Counted from the stretch's first letter, positions 1-10,858 are shown. The stretch: DNA of 64,000 nucleotides from an uncultured Verrucomicrobiae bacterium (GCA_963769025.1 CAVYKI010000010.1:128001-192000); one strand, 5' to 3'. The notes: generated by a model from the sequence alone, not told the origin. Made by a program: numbers and translations.

Positions 1-9
1 ATCACCATC

Positions 10-633
10 GTGAAAACGCTCATCCTCACCCTCCTCACCTCGCTCGTCCCGCTGACGATCACCCTCAACGCCGCCGAAACCGTGAAGACCGAATCCGACA
101 AGCCAGCCGCCACCCAGAAAATCGTCGTCGGAGGCGGGTGCTTCTGGTGCGTCGAGGCCGTCTTCCAGCGCGTCGGCGGAGTCAAGAAAGTCGTCTCCGG
201 CTATTCCGGCGGCCACGTCCCGAATCCCACCTACGAGCAGATCTGCACGAAGCAGACGGGCCATGCGGAGGTCGCGGATGTGGTGTATGACCCGTCGGTT
301 GTGACGCTCGACTCGCTGCTGGATGTGTTCTTCGCCTCGCACGATCCGACGACGCCGAACCAGCAGGGCGCGGACAAGGGCCCGCAGTATCGCTCGGTGA
401 TCTTTTTCGCAAACGAGGATCAGAAGAAGGCCGCGCTGGCTGCGAAGGAGCGCGCGAAGAAGGAGTGGGGCGCGACGGTCGTCACCGAGATTTCGCCGCT
501 GAAGGAGTTCTACGTCGCCGAGGACTACCACCAGAATTATTACAACCTGAACAAGAACAGGAACCCGTATTGCTCAGCCGTCATCGCGCCAAAGCTGCGC
601 AAGCTGATCGAGAAGGGCATCCTCAAGGAATAG
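10..633 (+). CDS. msrA: Peptide-methionine (S)-S-oxide reductase MsrA with N-terminal signal peptide
   Basis: GGGCFWC active site, GYSGG, TGHAEV, QYRS, AEDYHQNYY motifs; hydrophobic N-terminal leader. Confidence 0.95.
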   Translation: MKTLILTLLTSLVPLTITLNAAETVKTESDKPAATQKIVVGGGCFWCVEAVFQRVGGVKKVVSGYSGGHVPNPTYEQICTKQTGHAEVADVVYDPSVVTLDSLLDVFFASHDPTTPNQQGADKGPQYRSVIFFANEDQKKAALAAKERAKKEWGATVVTEISPLKEFYVAEDYHQNYYNLNKNRNPYCSAVIAPKLRKLIEKGILKE

Positions 634-640
634 CTGCGGG

Positions 641-1799
641 CTACGCGAATAGCGGCAGCGGCTTCAGCGCAAAGTCCGGGAAAACTTTTGAGAGCGCGTC
701 CGCGCTTGCGCCGTGGCGGACGAGGATCGGTGAGAGGATGTCGCGGTAGTTGTTCCAGACGGGCAGGTCGCCCGGACCGTCGAGCATCTCGGGCTTCAAG
801 CCGGGCCACGGGCCGCCCGGCTGCAGGCCGCCAAATACGCGCCCGCCTTTCACGCCGCCGCCGAGCACGAACATCGCGCTGCCGCGCCCGTGGTCGGTGC
901 CGAATGCGGAGTTTTCCGCGACGCGCCGGCCGAACTCCGTCATCACCACGACTGTAGTCGTTGCCATTCGCGCGCCGAGATCCTGCCGGAATGCGGCGAG
1001 ACCTTTTGCGAGCCGGAGCATGAGCGGTTCGAGGAGAAGCTTCTGCGTGAAATGCGAATCCCATCCGCCGAGGTCCACGCTCGCCGCGTCGAGGCCGACG
1101 TCCGCCTTGATGAGCTGCGCGACCTGCCGGAGCCCGTGCGAAAAGGAATCGCGCTCGTCGTAGGCCGCGCCATTCGCAGGACTCGCGCCGGAATCGATCG
1201 CCTCGATGCGCGCGAGGGCGTCGAAGGTGTTCCGCGCCGCGTCGCGCATCTCGTCGCCCTCGAGTTCGTAGAGCCGTCGAAGCTCGCGCGGGAATTCCAC
1301 CGGCACCCGGTCGCGGCGATCCCGGCCGCCCAGCGAGAATTCCGCGAGCGATTCGAACGCCGCGGCAGAAGGCGCGCCGGATAGCATTTCCGGCAGCGTC
1401 GGCGCGAGCGCGACGGCGCTGAGCGGACTGGCGGCAGGCCGCTGGGTGCGCAGGAAGCGTCCCAGCCAGCCGCCCGCGGCAGGTCCGCCATGCTCCATGA
1501 GTTCCTGCGCCTCGAAGTGCGAGCGCGTGTCACTCTCGCCACCCGCGCCGTGGATGATGCAGAGGTCGCCGTCCTTCCACGCGGGCTGCGAGCGCGCCGA
1601 GATTCGGATGCAGGCCGAAGAATCCGTCGAGCGCGACCGCCTCTTCCTTTCGCACCGCGAGGCGCGGACGAAAGCGGCGGTAGTTGTCGTCTTCCAGCGG
1701 CGCGACGAGCGTGAGGCCATCCGCAGCGCCGCGAAGGAAGACCACGACGAGCGTGCGCTTGTCGTCGCGGTTTCCGGAAATGTGAGTCTCGGCGAGCAT
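641..1799 (-). CDS. DUF1501 family protein (DUF1800-associated type), one frameshift near 1585
   Basis: N-part LVVVFLRGAADGL...FGLHP in one frame; C-part RSHFEAQ, GGWDSH, MTEFGRR, GTDHGRG in frame 641..1720. Confidence 0.85.
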
Positions 1800-1800
1800 G

Positions 1801-3310
1801 TCAGCAGCGTTGAAATGCCGGCGAGGCGAGCAGGAGCGCGAGGCCGTCGCCGGACTTGAGATATGCGTCACTTTCCTCGGCGCGCGGCTGGCGGCCCAGG
1901 AGGTGGCCATGAGTCCGCTGTCGGAACCAATCCGGCGTTGCAGCCGGATGCGCTCGATGTGCGTGCCGCGATCCGGTTGTTCGCGAGCGCGAGCGCGAAT
2001 TTCCAACGCCACAGCAGTGTCGCGCGCCAGTGGACCGCCGCGGCGGGATAGCCGTCCGGCGTGGGATAGCGGAACGGCATGTGGCCCATGCGTTCGAGGT
2101 ACGACAGGACCGGCCGGTCCGCGCTGCTCGATGCGTTCGTGGCGCGCAGCGCGGAGACGACGAAATGAAATGGCCGCTTGAATTTCGCGCCGCGGCTCGC
2201 CGTGAATTCCGGCGTGGCGAAGAGCGTGCGGAGCATCGACCTGATGTCGCCTTTTCCCTCGGTGCACGCCGCCGCGACCGCGGCCACCGCGACGGCGGGC
2301 GGATCATCGGCGATGAAACGGGCGCAAAGTTTGTAGGCGACGAAGTGAGCGGTGCTCGGGTGCGACGCGACGATTTCAATCACGCGATCGATATCCCCTT
2401 TTCCAAGGCCCGCGGGAATGTCGTGGCCGAGCACGCGCTTCGCGCCGTCGTCGTGCGCCTCGGGTCGGAAGAAGACCGCGGCGTGGTCCGTCAGCGGCGA
2501 AAGGAGGCGTCCGGCGAAGCCGTCGTCCTTGCGCGCGCGGATCGTCCAGCCGGTGAGGCAGCGCGCGACCTCCATCACGTCCTGCTGCGTGTAGCCGCCG
2601 CGCACCCCGAGCGTGTGCAGTTCCATCAGCTCGCGTGCGTAGTTCTCGTTCGGCTTCTCCTCGGGCGTGCGCTTCACGTTTGCCCGGCCATCGAGATACC
2701 AGAGCATCGCCGGGCTCAGCGCGGAGGCACGCAGCATGTCGCGGAAATTCCCGAGCGCGTGCCTGCGGATGACCTCTGCGTCGTCGCTCGGTTTCGTCCA
2801 GCGGCAGTCGCCCTTGGTCGGATCGATGTTGAAATGGTCGCTCCAGAATTCGCACATCACCTCGAAGAGCTGCCGCTCGCTGTAAATCGCGCGAAGCAAC
2901 GTCACGCGGCGGAGCACCGGCGGCAGCGCCTCGGGATCGGCGTCGTATTGCTCGCCGAGCGGCTCATTCCACATGTCGCCAAAGCGCGCGATCGCACGGT
3001 CGCAGAGCGAGTCGTCGATGGCGTCCGGCGCAAGCTGTTCCCCGAGGAACGCATCCACTCCCATCGCCGAGACGCGTGCGTAGTCGCCGGGACCGGGGCC
3101 AAAGGTGAGGCGGTTCAGCGCGTGAGAGACCGGATCGAGTTCCGCACCCGGGGGAGGAGTCAGCGGAGCGCGCAGCGGACGCTCGACGCCGTAGCCGGCG
3201 TACTGGCCCATGCTCGTGAGCCAGCCTTGCGCGCTTTTGAAAATGGCGGCGCTCAGCGCGATCGTTCCCGCGCTGGCAGCGATGAATTCGCGTCGGGAGG
3301 TCTTTTTCAT
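1801..3310 (-). CDS. DUF1800 family protein with Tat signal; two frameshifts near the C-terminus (~1905, ~1975)
   Basis: MKKTSRREFI; LNRLTFGP, FWSDHFN, PAMLWYLDG, NENYARELMELHTLG; tail LLLASPAFQRC in frame ending at 1801. Confidence 0.88.
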
Positions 3311-3822
3311 GGGAGCGCCGGAGCCGGGATGCCTGTGTCGTCTGCCGACACCGACTTCCAGGGCTTCGCGAGCAGGAATGCGCCGAAGCCGCTCGCGAGT
3401 CCTGCGTGCAGGAGGAAGCCCCAGCCGATGAACGGCGTGATGAATACGAGACCGAGCATCACGCCGCCGCGCAGGCACTGCTGCCAGCGGGAGACATCCG
3501 CGGAAAGATTGCGCCCGATGCGGAGCGCAAGCCCGGCGCTGCCCGCAAAGGCGATGAGCAGGGACAGAAAGCCCACGACGATCATCGCGATCCGCGGCAC
3601 GGTTCCGGGGAGCCTGGCAGTGTTCAGCAGCAGGAGAAAAATCGGCCCATACGTGACAAGGCCGAGCAGCAGCGCGCGGATGGGCCGCTCGTCATACACC
3701 CGGACGAATGCCGCGGTGGCCTTTGGGAACATCCCGCCCGCGACGAGCCAATGCCCAAGCAGGATGAAGAAAAGCGCGGCGTGGAGGGCGAGGAAGAAGA
3801 GGACGTTACCAGTGTAAGGCAT
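3307..3822 (-). CDS. Hypothetical membrane protein (about 5 TM segments)
   Basis: Hydrophobic ORF; its stop overlaps the DUF1800 start (ATGA, 3307-3310). Confidence 0.75.
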   Translation of the reverse strand: MPYTGNVLFFLALHAALFFILLGHWLVAGGMFPKATAAFVRVYDERPIRALLLGLVTYGPIFLLLLNTARLPGTVPRIAMIVVGFLSLLIAFAGSAGLALRIGRNLSADVSRWQQCLRGGVMLGLVFITPFIGWGFLLHAGLASGFGAFLLAKPWKSVSADDTGIPAPALP

Positions 3823-3865
3823 GGGCGGGTGGTTTGGTGGGCAGACGGCGCCTCCCGCTCCAAGG

Positions 3866-4936
3866 TTACGCCCGTTGCGCGATCATTTCGCGATAGAGCG
3901 CGAGGTAATCATCCACCATTTTCTGATGCCCAAAGCGCGCAGCCGCCCGGCTGCGGACGACACGCCGGTCGAGCGAGCATGCGTTCGCCACGAGCGGAGC
4001 GAGGTCGCCCGGGGCATCGGCGGTGAAACCGGTCACACCATAGTCCACGACTTCGGCGACGGAGCCGCGGCGTACGGCGAGCACGGGCGCACCGCAGGCC
4101 ATCGCCTCGATCATCACGAGGCCAAAGGGTTCATCCCACTGGATTGGAAAGACGAGCGCCGCGGCATTGCGGAGGAGGTCCACTTTCTGGGGATGGTTCA
4201 CGAGGCCGACCCAGCGGACGCGTTCGCCGTCGATCAGCGGCTGCACTTTCTCGCGGAAATACGTCTCCTCGGCGGCATTCTGCGGCCGGCCGGCGAGCAC
4301 GATGGGCACGCCGGCCGCGTTCGCGATGTGGATCGCATCGAGCGGGTTCTTTTCGTGCGACATGCGGCCGAGGAAGGCGAGGTATTTGCCCGGCTCGAAG
4401 GATGCATCGTAGGCGGCGAAATCCACGCCGTTGTACACCACGGGAAATTTCCGCCCGAGCCGCTCCGATGCGGCTGCGACCTGCGCGTGGCTGATCGCGA
4501 CGGCGGCCGCCTGCGGAAAATTTTGCATCACCCATTCGTCGTCCGTATGCGGGCTGGTGTGCAGCGTAAACGCGCACGGCGTGCGCATCGCCGCCGCAAA
4601 CGGCAGCCATGCGGGCGGCAGATGGCAGTGGATGATGTCAAACTCGTCCTGCGCCGCGAGCACGGAGGCCATCGCCGCGTTCACGTAGTATTCGAACATC
4701 AGCGCGTCACCCCGGGCCATCAGGTCGCCGAGGTTCACCGGGATGACCGGGTGCAGTTTCGCCGAAGTCCGGCAATCACCGCTCGCGTAGAGCGTCACCT
4801 CGTGACCGCGCGCGATGAGTTCGTCGCAAAGCAGCGCGAGCAGGAGCTCGATTCCGCCGTAGGTGGCCGGCGGGATCGGCGTCCAAAGCGGTGCGACCTG
4901 TGCGATGCGGAGCTTGTTTCCTGCGGGAGTTGGCAT
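3866..4936 (-). CDS. Glycosyltransferase family 4
   Basis: IAQVAPLWTPIPPATYGGIE; WDEPFGLVMIEAMACG motif. Confidence 0.92.
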   Translation of the reverse strand: MPTPAGNKLRIAQVAPLWTPIPPATYGGIELLLALLCDELIARGHEVTLYASGDCRTSAKLHPVIPVNLGDLMARGDALMFEYYVNAAMASVLAAQDEFDIIHCHLPPAWLPFAAAMRTPCAFTLHTSPHTDDEWVMQNFPQAAAVAISHAQVAAASERLGRKFPVVYNGVDFAAYDASFEPGKYLAFLGRMSHEKNPLDAIHIANAAGVPIVLAGRPQNAAEETYFREKVQPLIDGERVRWVGLVNHPQKVDLLRNAAALVFPIQWDEPFGLVMIEAMACGAPVLAVRRGSVAEVVDYGVTGFTADAPGDLAPLVANACSLDRRVVRSRAAARFGHQKMVDDYLALYREMIAQRA

Positions 4937-4951
4937 ACGTAGTGCGCGCCG

Positions 4952-6200
4952 ATGCTAGCCCGTTTCATGTTTGCGCCAACCACGATCGCCTTCCTGGCGC
5001 TGACCGCCTCCGTTTTTGCCGAGGAAAACCCGGCGGCCACCCCGCGAAAAAAGTTCCGGACTGGGTTGCCGGTCATGCCGGCAACCGCTCCAAGCACCGA
5101 GCCACAGCCCACGGACACGACGAAGCCAAAGCCCGAGGCGCCCGTCGCACCGCGCACGACACCACCGCCCACCGCAGCCCGCGACACCACCGACACCACC
5201 GACACCAACGACACCAACGACGCCAGCGCCACCTTCGACACCCACGACACCTCCGGCACCGGTGACGCCGACCGCTCCCACGGCACCGGGGGAAGGCGAA
5301 CCGCAGGCGGCGCGCGCGATTCTCGTGACGAAGCGGGAGATCACCGCGCAGCTCCAGATTTTCCTCGATCAGCAATTGTTCAGCCCGGGGATGATTGACG
5401 GCAAGCAGGGCAAATTCCTCACGAATGCATTCAAGCGCTGGCAGCGCTCTCACGGGCTGCCGGAGACCGGGGTGATCGACGACAATGTGCCGCTCGAAAG
5501 CGTGTATCCCGTTTACACGTTTCACACGGTCGCGAAGTCGGACATGAAGTTTGTCGGCGATTTGCCAGGCAAGACGGCCGAGCAGGCGCGCAGGAAGATG
5601 CTTCCTTACGCGGCTTACATCGACTTTGTGGCGGAGCGCTACCACTGCTCGCCGGACTTCCTCGCGCGGCTGAATCCCGGCGTGAAGTTTGGCAAATTGA
5701 ATCCCGACGATCAGGTGAGGGTTCCGAATGTCGTGCCTTTCAAGATCGAGGAGATGCCGGAGACTGGAAACCTCCCGCCACGCGAGGAATTCAAGGATCG
5801 CCGCATCGTCATCACCCGCAGGGAGACGATTCTGGAGCTTTTCGAGGGTGACAAATTGATCGCCGCGATCCCGATCGCGCCGGGCTCGCCGGCGCACCCG
5901 ACGCCGCCGGGCAAGTGGCGCATCCTCGGCATCGCGTCGATGCCGACTTTCCGCTGGGACGCAGGCGTGCTGAACCGCGGCGTGCGGACGAAGAACTTCC
6001 ACATGCTGCCCCCCGGGCCGCGGAATCCAGTCGGCGTCGCATGGATGGGCCTGAACAAGCCCGGCATCGGCATTCACGGGACGAACAATCCCTACAGCAT
6101 CGGCACCTTTGCGAGCCACGGCTGCATGCGCACGGCGAATTGGGACATTTCCCGGATCGCCCACATGGTGACTGCGGGCGTGCAGGTGGAAATCAAATAG
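4952..6200 (+). CDS. L,D-transpeptidase (YkuD family) with signal peptide, Pro/Thr linker and peptidoglycan-binding domain; frameshift near 5150-5180
   Basis: Signal peptide in frame 4952; LQIFLDQ..SPGMIDG, GIGIHGTN and SHGCMR catalytic motif in frame 5016. Confidence 0.88.
5183..5272 (+). repeat. Degenerate 9-bp tandem repeat (GACACCAMC-like, about 10 units) encoding a (T-P-x)n linker
   Basis: gacaccacc gacaccacc gacaccaac gacaccaac gacgccagc ... Confidence 0.8.
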
Positions 6201-6203
6201 CGG

Positions 6204-8723
6204 TCACTGCGCGGCTGGCGCAGGGACGCCATCGAGGAGCGATGTGCCCTTGGGCTTCATCTCGGGATTCAACGGCTCATCCGCCATCTCGAGGCCGGGC
6301 GCGGGTGGCGCGGGCGGCGCGACCGGCGGCGGCTCGGGCGCGGGGGCTGGCGCGGTCTCCCCAAAGAAAAGGGCGCGGTCGTTCTGATACTCGGGCTTGC
6401 GGTTCGCCGCATCATCCATGAGCGCCTGCCCTTCGTTGAAGAGCTGCGTGAAAAGGCAGAAGACGCCCGCGCGCCACTCGCGGTCCGCGAGCACCGCCTG
6501 AGGCTGCGTCGGTCTCATGTAGAAGCGGGACATTTGCAGCACACTGAGGGCGCTGATGTCGGTCCACGCGATCGGAAGGCTGCCAAACTGCACGCGCATC
6601 TCCACCTGCAGGTCGGTGGCCCTGGCGATCATCCCGGTGATTTTCTGCCCGCTCTTGCGCTGGAGCGCGAGCGTGCAGCCGCCGGTGTTCAGGTCCGCGA
6701 TGAGCTGGCGCTTGAATTCCACGAGCCAGTCCACCCGCTTCGCGAGCAGGTCGCGCTCGCCGACATGCCGTTCGCGTTTCACATTCACCGCCCGGACGAG
6801 CGCAGCCGCTTCGCTGAAGCGGTAGTTTTCGCAAAGGGCTTTCAGTTGGAATTTCACATCGGTCAGCAGCTTTTCCTCGCGCGCCTCGGCCTCGGCCTCC
6901 TGCTTCTTCATCGCCTCCTCGGAAGCAGCGATCGCCAGCCGGACCTTGTTGCCGACCTCGGTCTCCATCGCGTCCAGTCTCGCCAGCAGTTTTTCCGAAC
7001 GCACCTTGCCCTTTGCCGCTGGGATTTTTTTCAGCGCCGCCTCGGCAATCTTTGGCGATGCGTCCGCCTTCGCGACGTCGTCTGCGATTTCCCGAAACGT
7101 CCCGTATTCGTCGAGGTAACGCGCGACCAGCGGGCGGTAATCCGCAACCCACACGTCCTCACCGCTCGGAGTCGCTTTCTGGAAGCGCCGCATGAGCGCG
7201 ATGGCTTCCTCAAACTCGCTTTCGTTCCAATGCTTCACGGCGGCGGTGAGGAAAATGAGCGACTCGTAAGTGGTCGCGTCGAACTCGTCGAATTTCGGCG
7301 GCTCGCCTTTCGCGCCCCCGGAAACGAGCGTCGAGAGCCGGTTGAAAAACGCCACGAGCTTCTCGTCGAGGCCGATGGCGGTGGGCGTGGTGCGCTCGGA
7401 GAGCATCTTAAACGCCGCCCGCGCGCGCTCCGTCCGTCCGGCAAAATATTCCGCGATCCCGCCATGCACGGCGGCCCAACTGTTCTTCGGCTCCGGCAGG
7501 CGTCCCTCTTCATAGAGGGCCATGAAGGTCTTTGCAGCTTCGTCAAACTGCTCCTCGAGCAGTTGTTTCCGCCCGAGGTCGAAACGTTTCTCCGCAGTCA
7601 GGTCGGCCTCGGCCGAACCGGGAGTCGGGACCTTTTCTGTCGTCTGCTCCGTCCGTGCGCCGGGCCGGTTCACCCAAAAGTAAACACCGACGCCGACCAC
7701 GAGGGCGATGATCGCAAACGTCACCCAACTGCCGCCCTTCCCCTGACCCATCGCGAGGGCGCGCGGGACGCGCCGGCGCTTTCCGGGATGCCTGCGCAGC
7801 TCGGCGCGCGCGTATTCGAGGCTCTCGATGAAGTGCGTGTAGCTGTCGAACCGATCCTCCGGCTTGAAGCTGAGCGCGCGGTCGATGACGTAGGCCGTCG
7901 GCGTCGAGACATGCGGGGCGAAATTCAGCAGCCGCACGGGCAGGCTCTTGATCTTCCGCAATTCCGTCATCGAATTGGATTCCGTGATGAACGGCGGGCG
8001 CCCCGCGATGGCGTGGAAAAGCGTCGCCGCGAGCGAATACATGTCGCTCCGAAAATCCTCGGCCCTCCCCTCCAGTTTTTCCGGCGAGACATAGTAAGGC
8101 GTCGCCCACACCTCGCCCTGCTCCTCGTGCTGTTTCTCCACGAGAATCGCCAGGCCGAAATCCACGATCTTCGCCGTCTGCCCGTCGGCGAACAGGATGT
8201 TGCCGGGCTTGATGTCCCGGTGAATGAGGCCCAGCTCGAGCCCCGCCTTCAGCCCCAGCGCGATCTGGATGCCGATGTCGATCACCTGCTCCTCGGGCAT
8301 CTTTTTCAACTGCGCCATGAGCGAGTCCAGGCTGCCATGGTCCACGATCTCCATCGCGAGGTAGAGCAGTCCGTGATGTTCGCCGGAGGAGAAGACCTTG
8401 ACGATATGCGGATTGTTCAGGCTCGCCGTAATCCGCGCCTCGCTCTCGAAGCGTTTCACGAAATCCGGATCAGCGCTGTATTCGCGCTTCATCACCTTGA
8501 TGGCCACCGGGCGGTTCAGCTTCTTGTCCACGGCGCGATACACGATCCCCTGCCCGCCTTCCCCGAGGACCCCCTGCAGCTCGAAATTGGCGAAATCCGT
8601 GCGCACCCGCATCCGCGCGCCACAGCTCGAGCAATTCACCAGCGCGAATGGCTCCTGCTCCGACACATCAATCAATGTGCCGCAACTCTGGCAGGTGGCG
8701 ATGTTCGGATCAGCGGATGTCAT
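6204..8723 (-). CDS. Membrane-anchored Hanks-type Ser/Thr protein kinase with N-terminal zinc ribbon
   Basis: CQSC/CSSC; GEGGQGIVY, VAIK, HRDIKPGN, DFG; TM segment WVTFAIIALVVGVGVYFW; helical extracytoplasmic region. Confidence 0.92.
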   Translation of the reverse strand: MTSADPNIATCQSCGTLIDVSEQEPFALVNCSSCGARMRVRTDFANFELQGVLGEGGQGIVYRAVDKKLNRPVAIKVMKREYSADPDFVKRFESEARITASLNNPHIVKVFSSGEHHGLLYLAMEIVDHGSLDSLMAQLKKMPEEQVIDIGIQIALGLKAGLELGLIHRDIKPGNILFADGQTAKIVDFGLAILVEKQHEEQGEVWATPYYVSPEKLEGRAEDFRSDMYSLAATLFHAIAGRPPFITESNSMTELRKIKSLPVRLLNFAPHVSTPTAYVIDRALSFKPEDRFDSYTHFIESLEYARAELRRHPGKRRRVPRALAMGQGKGGSWVTFAIIALVVGVGVYFWVNRPGARTEQTTEKVPTPGSAEADLTAEKRFDLGRKQLLEEQFDEAAKTFMALYEEGRLPEPKNSWAAVHGGIAEYFAGRTERARAAFKMLSERTTPTAIGLDEKLVAFFNRLSTLVSGGAKGEPPKFDEFDATTYESLIFLTAAVKHWNESEFEEAIALMRRFQKATPSGEDVWVADYRPLVARYLDEYGTFREIADDVAKADASPKIAEAALKKIPAAKGKVRSEKLLARLDAMETEVGNKVRLAIAASEEAMKKQEAEAEAREEKLLTDVKFQLKALCENYRFSEAAALVRAVNVKRERHVGERDLLAKRVDWLVEFKRQLIADLNTGGCTLALQRKSGQKITGMIARATDLQVEMRVQFGSLPIAWTDISALSVLQMSRFYMRPTQPQAVLADREWRAGVFCLFTQLFNEGQALMDDAANRKPEYQNDRALFFGETAPAPAPEPPPVAPPAPPAPGLEMADEPLNPEMKPKGTSLLDGVPAPAAQ

Positions 8724-8892
8724 CAGGACAGGAACCCGTCACATACACGCGATAGGCATGTCGGGCAAGTTGTGAGGCCAACCCCGTGCGGGCATCGCGC
8801 ATTAGGGGATCATTTGGACGGGTCGCCGCGAGCGTCAGCCACGCGTGGGAGGCAGGGATTGCTCCGTCACGGTGCCCATTCGCAAATCGGCG

Positions 8893-8909
8893 CGGAACGC
8901 AAACTGCTA
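8893..8909 (+). promoter_or_regulatory. Possible sigma54 (-24/-12) promoter upstream of the CAP/FG-GAP gene
   Basis: cGGAACG-caaa-cTGCTA has GG-N10-GC spacing and resembles TGGCACG-N4-TTGCW. Confidence 0.3.
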
Positions 8910-8998
8910 ATAGTCACCGTAGCCACTGAAAAACCCTGTTCCGAGCCAAACGATATCGACTTATGTCCGAGCAATCTTTATCCCCCTATCGCAAGCCG

Positions 8999-10858
8999 AT
9001 GAAACTCGCGACGCTTTTGGGGCTTGCCGCCTCCCTTTCCTGCGTTCTTTCCGCCACGGTCGCCACTGCGCAGCAGGCTCAATATTCGCATGGCGAACCG
9101 ACCGCGCTCGAACAACAGATGCTCGAATTGATCAACCGTGCGCGGATCAATCCGACGCAGGAGGGCATCATCCTCGACACGGTCAACACGTGGTACTCGA
9201 ACGATGCTCGGGCGCGAAAACCGTCGTTTTTCACGAATCTGCGCGGCGAGTTTGCCTCGTATCCGGCCGTCGCGCCCCTGGCGTTCCACTCCAAGCTCAT
9301 CCAGGCCGCCCGCGCGCATTCGCAAGACATGGTGACGCGGAATTTTTTCGCGCACGTGAATCTGAGCGGTCAGGACCCGACGGCCCGCGCCGCGGCTGCG
9401 GGTTATGATGCCGGCGTCGGCGAGAACATCGATGGCGGCGGGGCGTCCACCGCAGACGATATTTCGATGAGCCATTTCGGCTTCATGGTGGACTACGACA
9501 ACGTCGACGCCTCCCATCCCCTCGGCCACCGGCTGAACGTCCTGACTTCGAGCTACACCGAGATCGGCGTCGGCGTCGCGGGCGCGCGCTACGGCGGGAA
9601 AATCACGCAGGACTTCGGCGGCCCGACGCGGAACTACATCCTCGGCGTGGCATACTCGGACGCGAACAGCAACGGCAGCTACGACGCGACCGAGGGGCTC
9701 GCCGGGATCACCGTGCGGCCAGATTCCGGCAATTGGTACGCCGTCACGTCGAACTCGGGCGGATTCGCCATCCCGATCGACCCGGTGCAGACCGTCTCGG
9801 ACACCGTGAATGTCCCCTTTGCCGTGCAGACCACCCCGTGGGCAAGCGTGCTGCCGTACGACACCGCGTATCGCCAGCAGCAACTGGCCGCCGCACCGAA
9901 CATCACCGTGAACCTCACGTGGACCGGCGGCTCACTCGGAACGCCGAGGACCACCAGCGTCACCATCAAGCAGCCCGTGCTGCGCAATTACAAAATCAAG
10001 GGCACCGACGGCTGGTCGTATAGCATGAGCATGGTGACTTCGCAGAACGCAAAGGCGGACCTCACTCCCGCGGCCGCTTCCCTCACTCCGCCCACGCCCG
10101 CAAAAATATCGAGGGACTTCAATGGCGACGGCAAGGCCGACCTCCTTTTCCAGAACACCGCCGGGCAGATTGCCGCGTGGCACATGAGCGGGAACTCTTC
10201 CGTCGCGAGCTCCACGCTTCTCTACGGCAGCAGCCTTGGCGATTGGAAAGTGAAAGGCATCGCGGACCTGAACGGCGACGGAAAAGCCGACCTCCTCTTT
10301 CAAAACACCACCGGCCAGATCGTGGCTTGGTACATGAACGGAAATGGCGGCTTCGTCGGATCCGCCATGCTCTCCGGCAATAGCCTCGGTGACTGGAAAA
10401 TCATGGCCGTCGCGGACCTGAACGGCGACGGGAACGCAGACCTCATCTTTCAGAGCACCACGGGCCAGATCGTGGTCTGGTACGTGAACGCCAGCGGCGC
10501 CTTCTCCGGATCCGCAATGGTCTATGGCAACAGCCTTGGCGATTGGAAAATTGCCGGCGTCGCGGATCTGAACGGCGACGGGAATGCCGACCTCGTCTTC
10601 CAGAACACGTCCGGTCAGATCGCGGTCTGGTACATGAACGGTTACGGTGTCATCTCCAGATCCGCCACCCTCTACGCCAACAGTCTCGGCGAGTGGAAAA
10701 TCGCAGCCATCGCGGACTTGAATGGCGACGGCAACGCCGATCTCATTTTCCAGAATACCAGCGGCCAGATCGCGGCGTGGTACATGAATGGCAGCGGTGC
10801 CATTTCCGCGACAGCGACGCTCTATGGCAGCGGCCTCGGCGACTGGCGCCTGCGCTGA
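8999..10858 (+). CDS. Secreted CAP (SCP-like) domain protein with C-terminal FG-GAP-like repeat module
   Basis: Signal peptide; ELINRAR, AARAHSQDM, GENI, GHRLNVL; five 50-aa DxNGDGxADLxFQN repeats. Confidence 0.88.
   Translation: MKLATLLGLAASLSCVLSATVATAQQAQYSHGEPTALEQQMLELINRARINPTQEGIILDTVNTWYSNDARARKPSFFTNLRGEFASYPAVAPLAFHSKLIQAARAHSQDMVTRNFFAHVNLSGQDPTARAAAAGYDAGVGENIDGGGASTADDISMSHFGFMVDYDNVDASHPLGHRLNVLTSSYTEIGVGVAGARYGGKITQDFGGPTRNYILGVAYSDANSNGSYDATEGLAGITVRPDSGNWYAVTSNSGGFAIPIDPVQTVSDTVNVPFAVQTTPWASVLPYDTAYRQQQLAAAPNITVNLTWTGGSLGTPRTTSVTIKQPVLRNYKIKGTDGWSYSMSMVTSQNAKADLTPAAASLTPPTPAKISRDFNGDGKADLLFQNTAGQIAAWHMSGNSSVASSTLLYGSSLGDWKVKGIADLNGDGKADLLFQNTTGQIVAWYMNGNGGFVGSAMLSGNSLGDWKIMAVADLNGDGNADLIFQSTTGQIVVWYVNASGAFSGSAMVYGNSLGDWKIAGVADLNGDGNADLVFQNTSGQIAVWYMNGYGVISRSATLYANSLGEWKIAAIADLNGDGNADLIFQNTSGQIAAWYMNGSGAISATATLYGSGLGDWRLR
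10115..10858 (+). repeat. 5 x 150-bp FG-GAP-like repeat module (copy 1)
   Basis: Repeat starts at 10115, 10265, 10415, 10565, 10715; ends GLGDWRLR*. Confidence 0.9.

Noticed and set aside
5183..5272. Phase-variation switch in the L,D-transpeptidase repeat
   Set aside because: The 9-bp unit preserves frame, and the frame break lies just upstream of the tract.
6534..9002. Long antisense ORFs (6534..9002, 11824..13632, 18624..20666, 30916..33498, 56795..59344 and others)
   Set aside because: Shadow ORFs opposite well-supported genes, expected from high-GC codon bias; no recognisable motifs.
10115..10858. Diversity-generating retroelement template/variable repeats among the FG-GAP copies
   Set aside because: No reverse transcriptase; all copies are coding, and differences are not confined to adenines.
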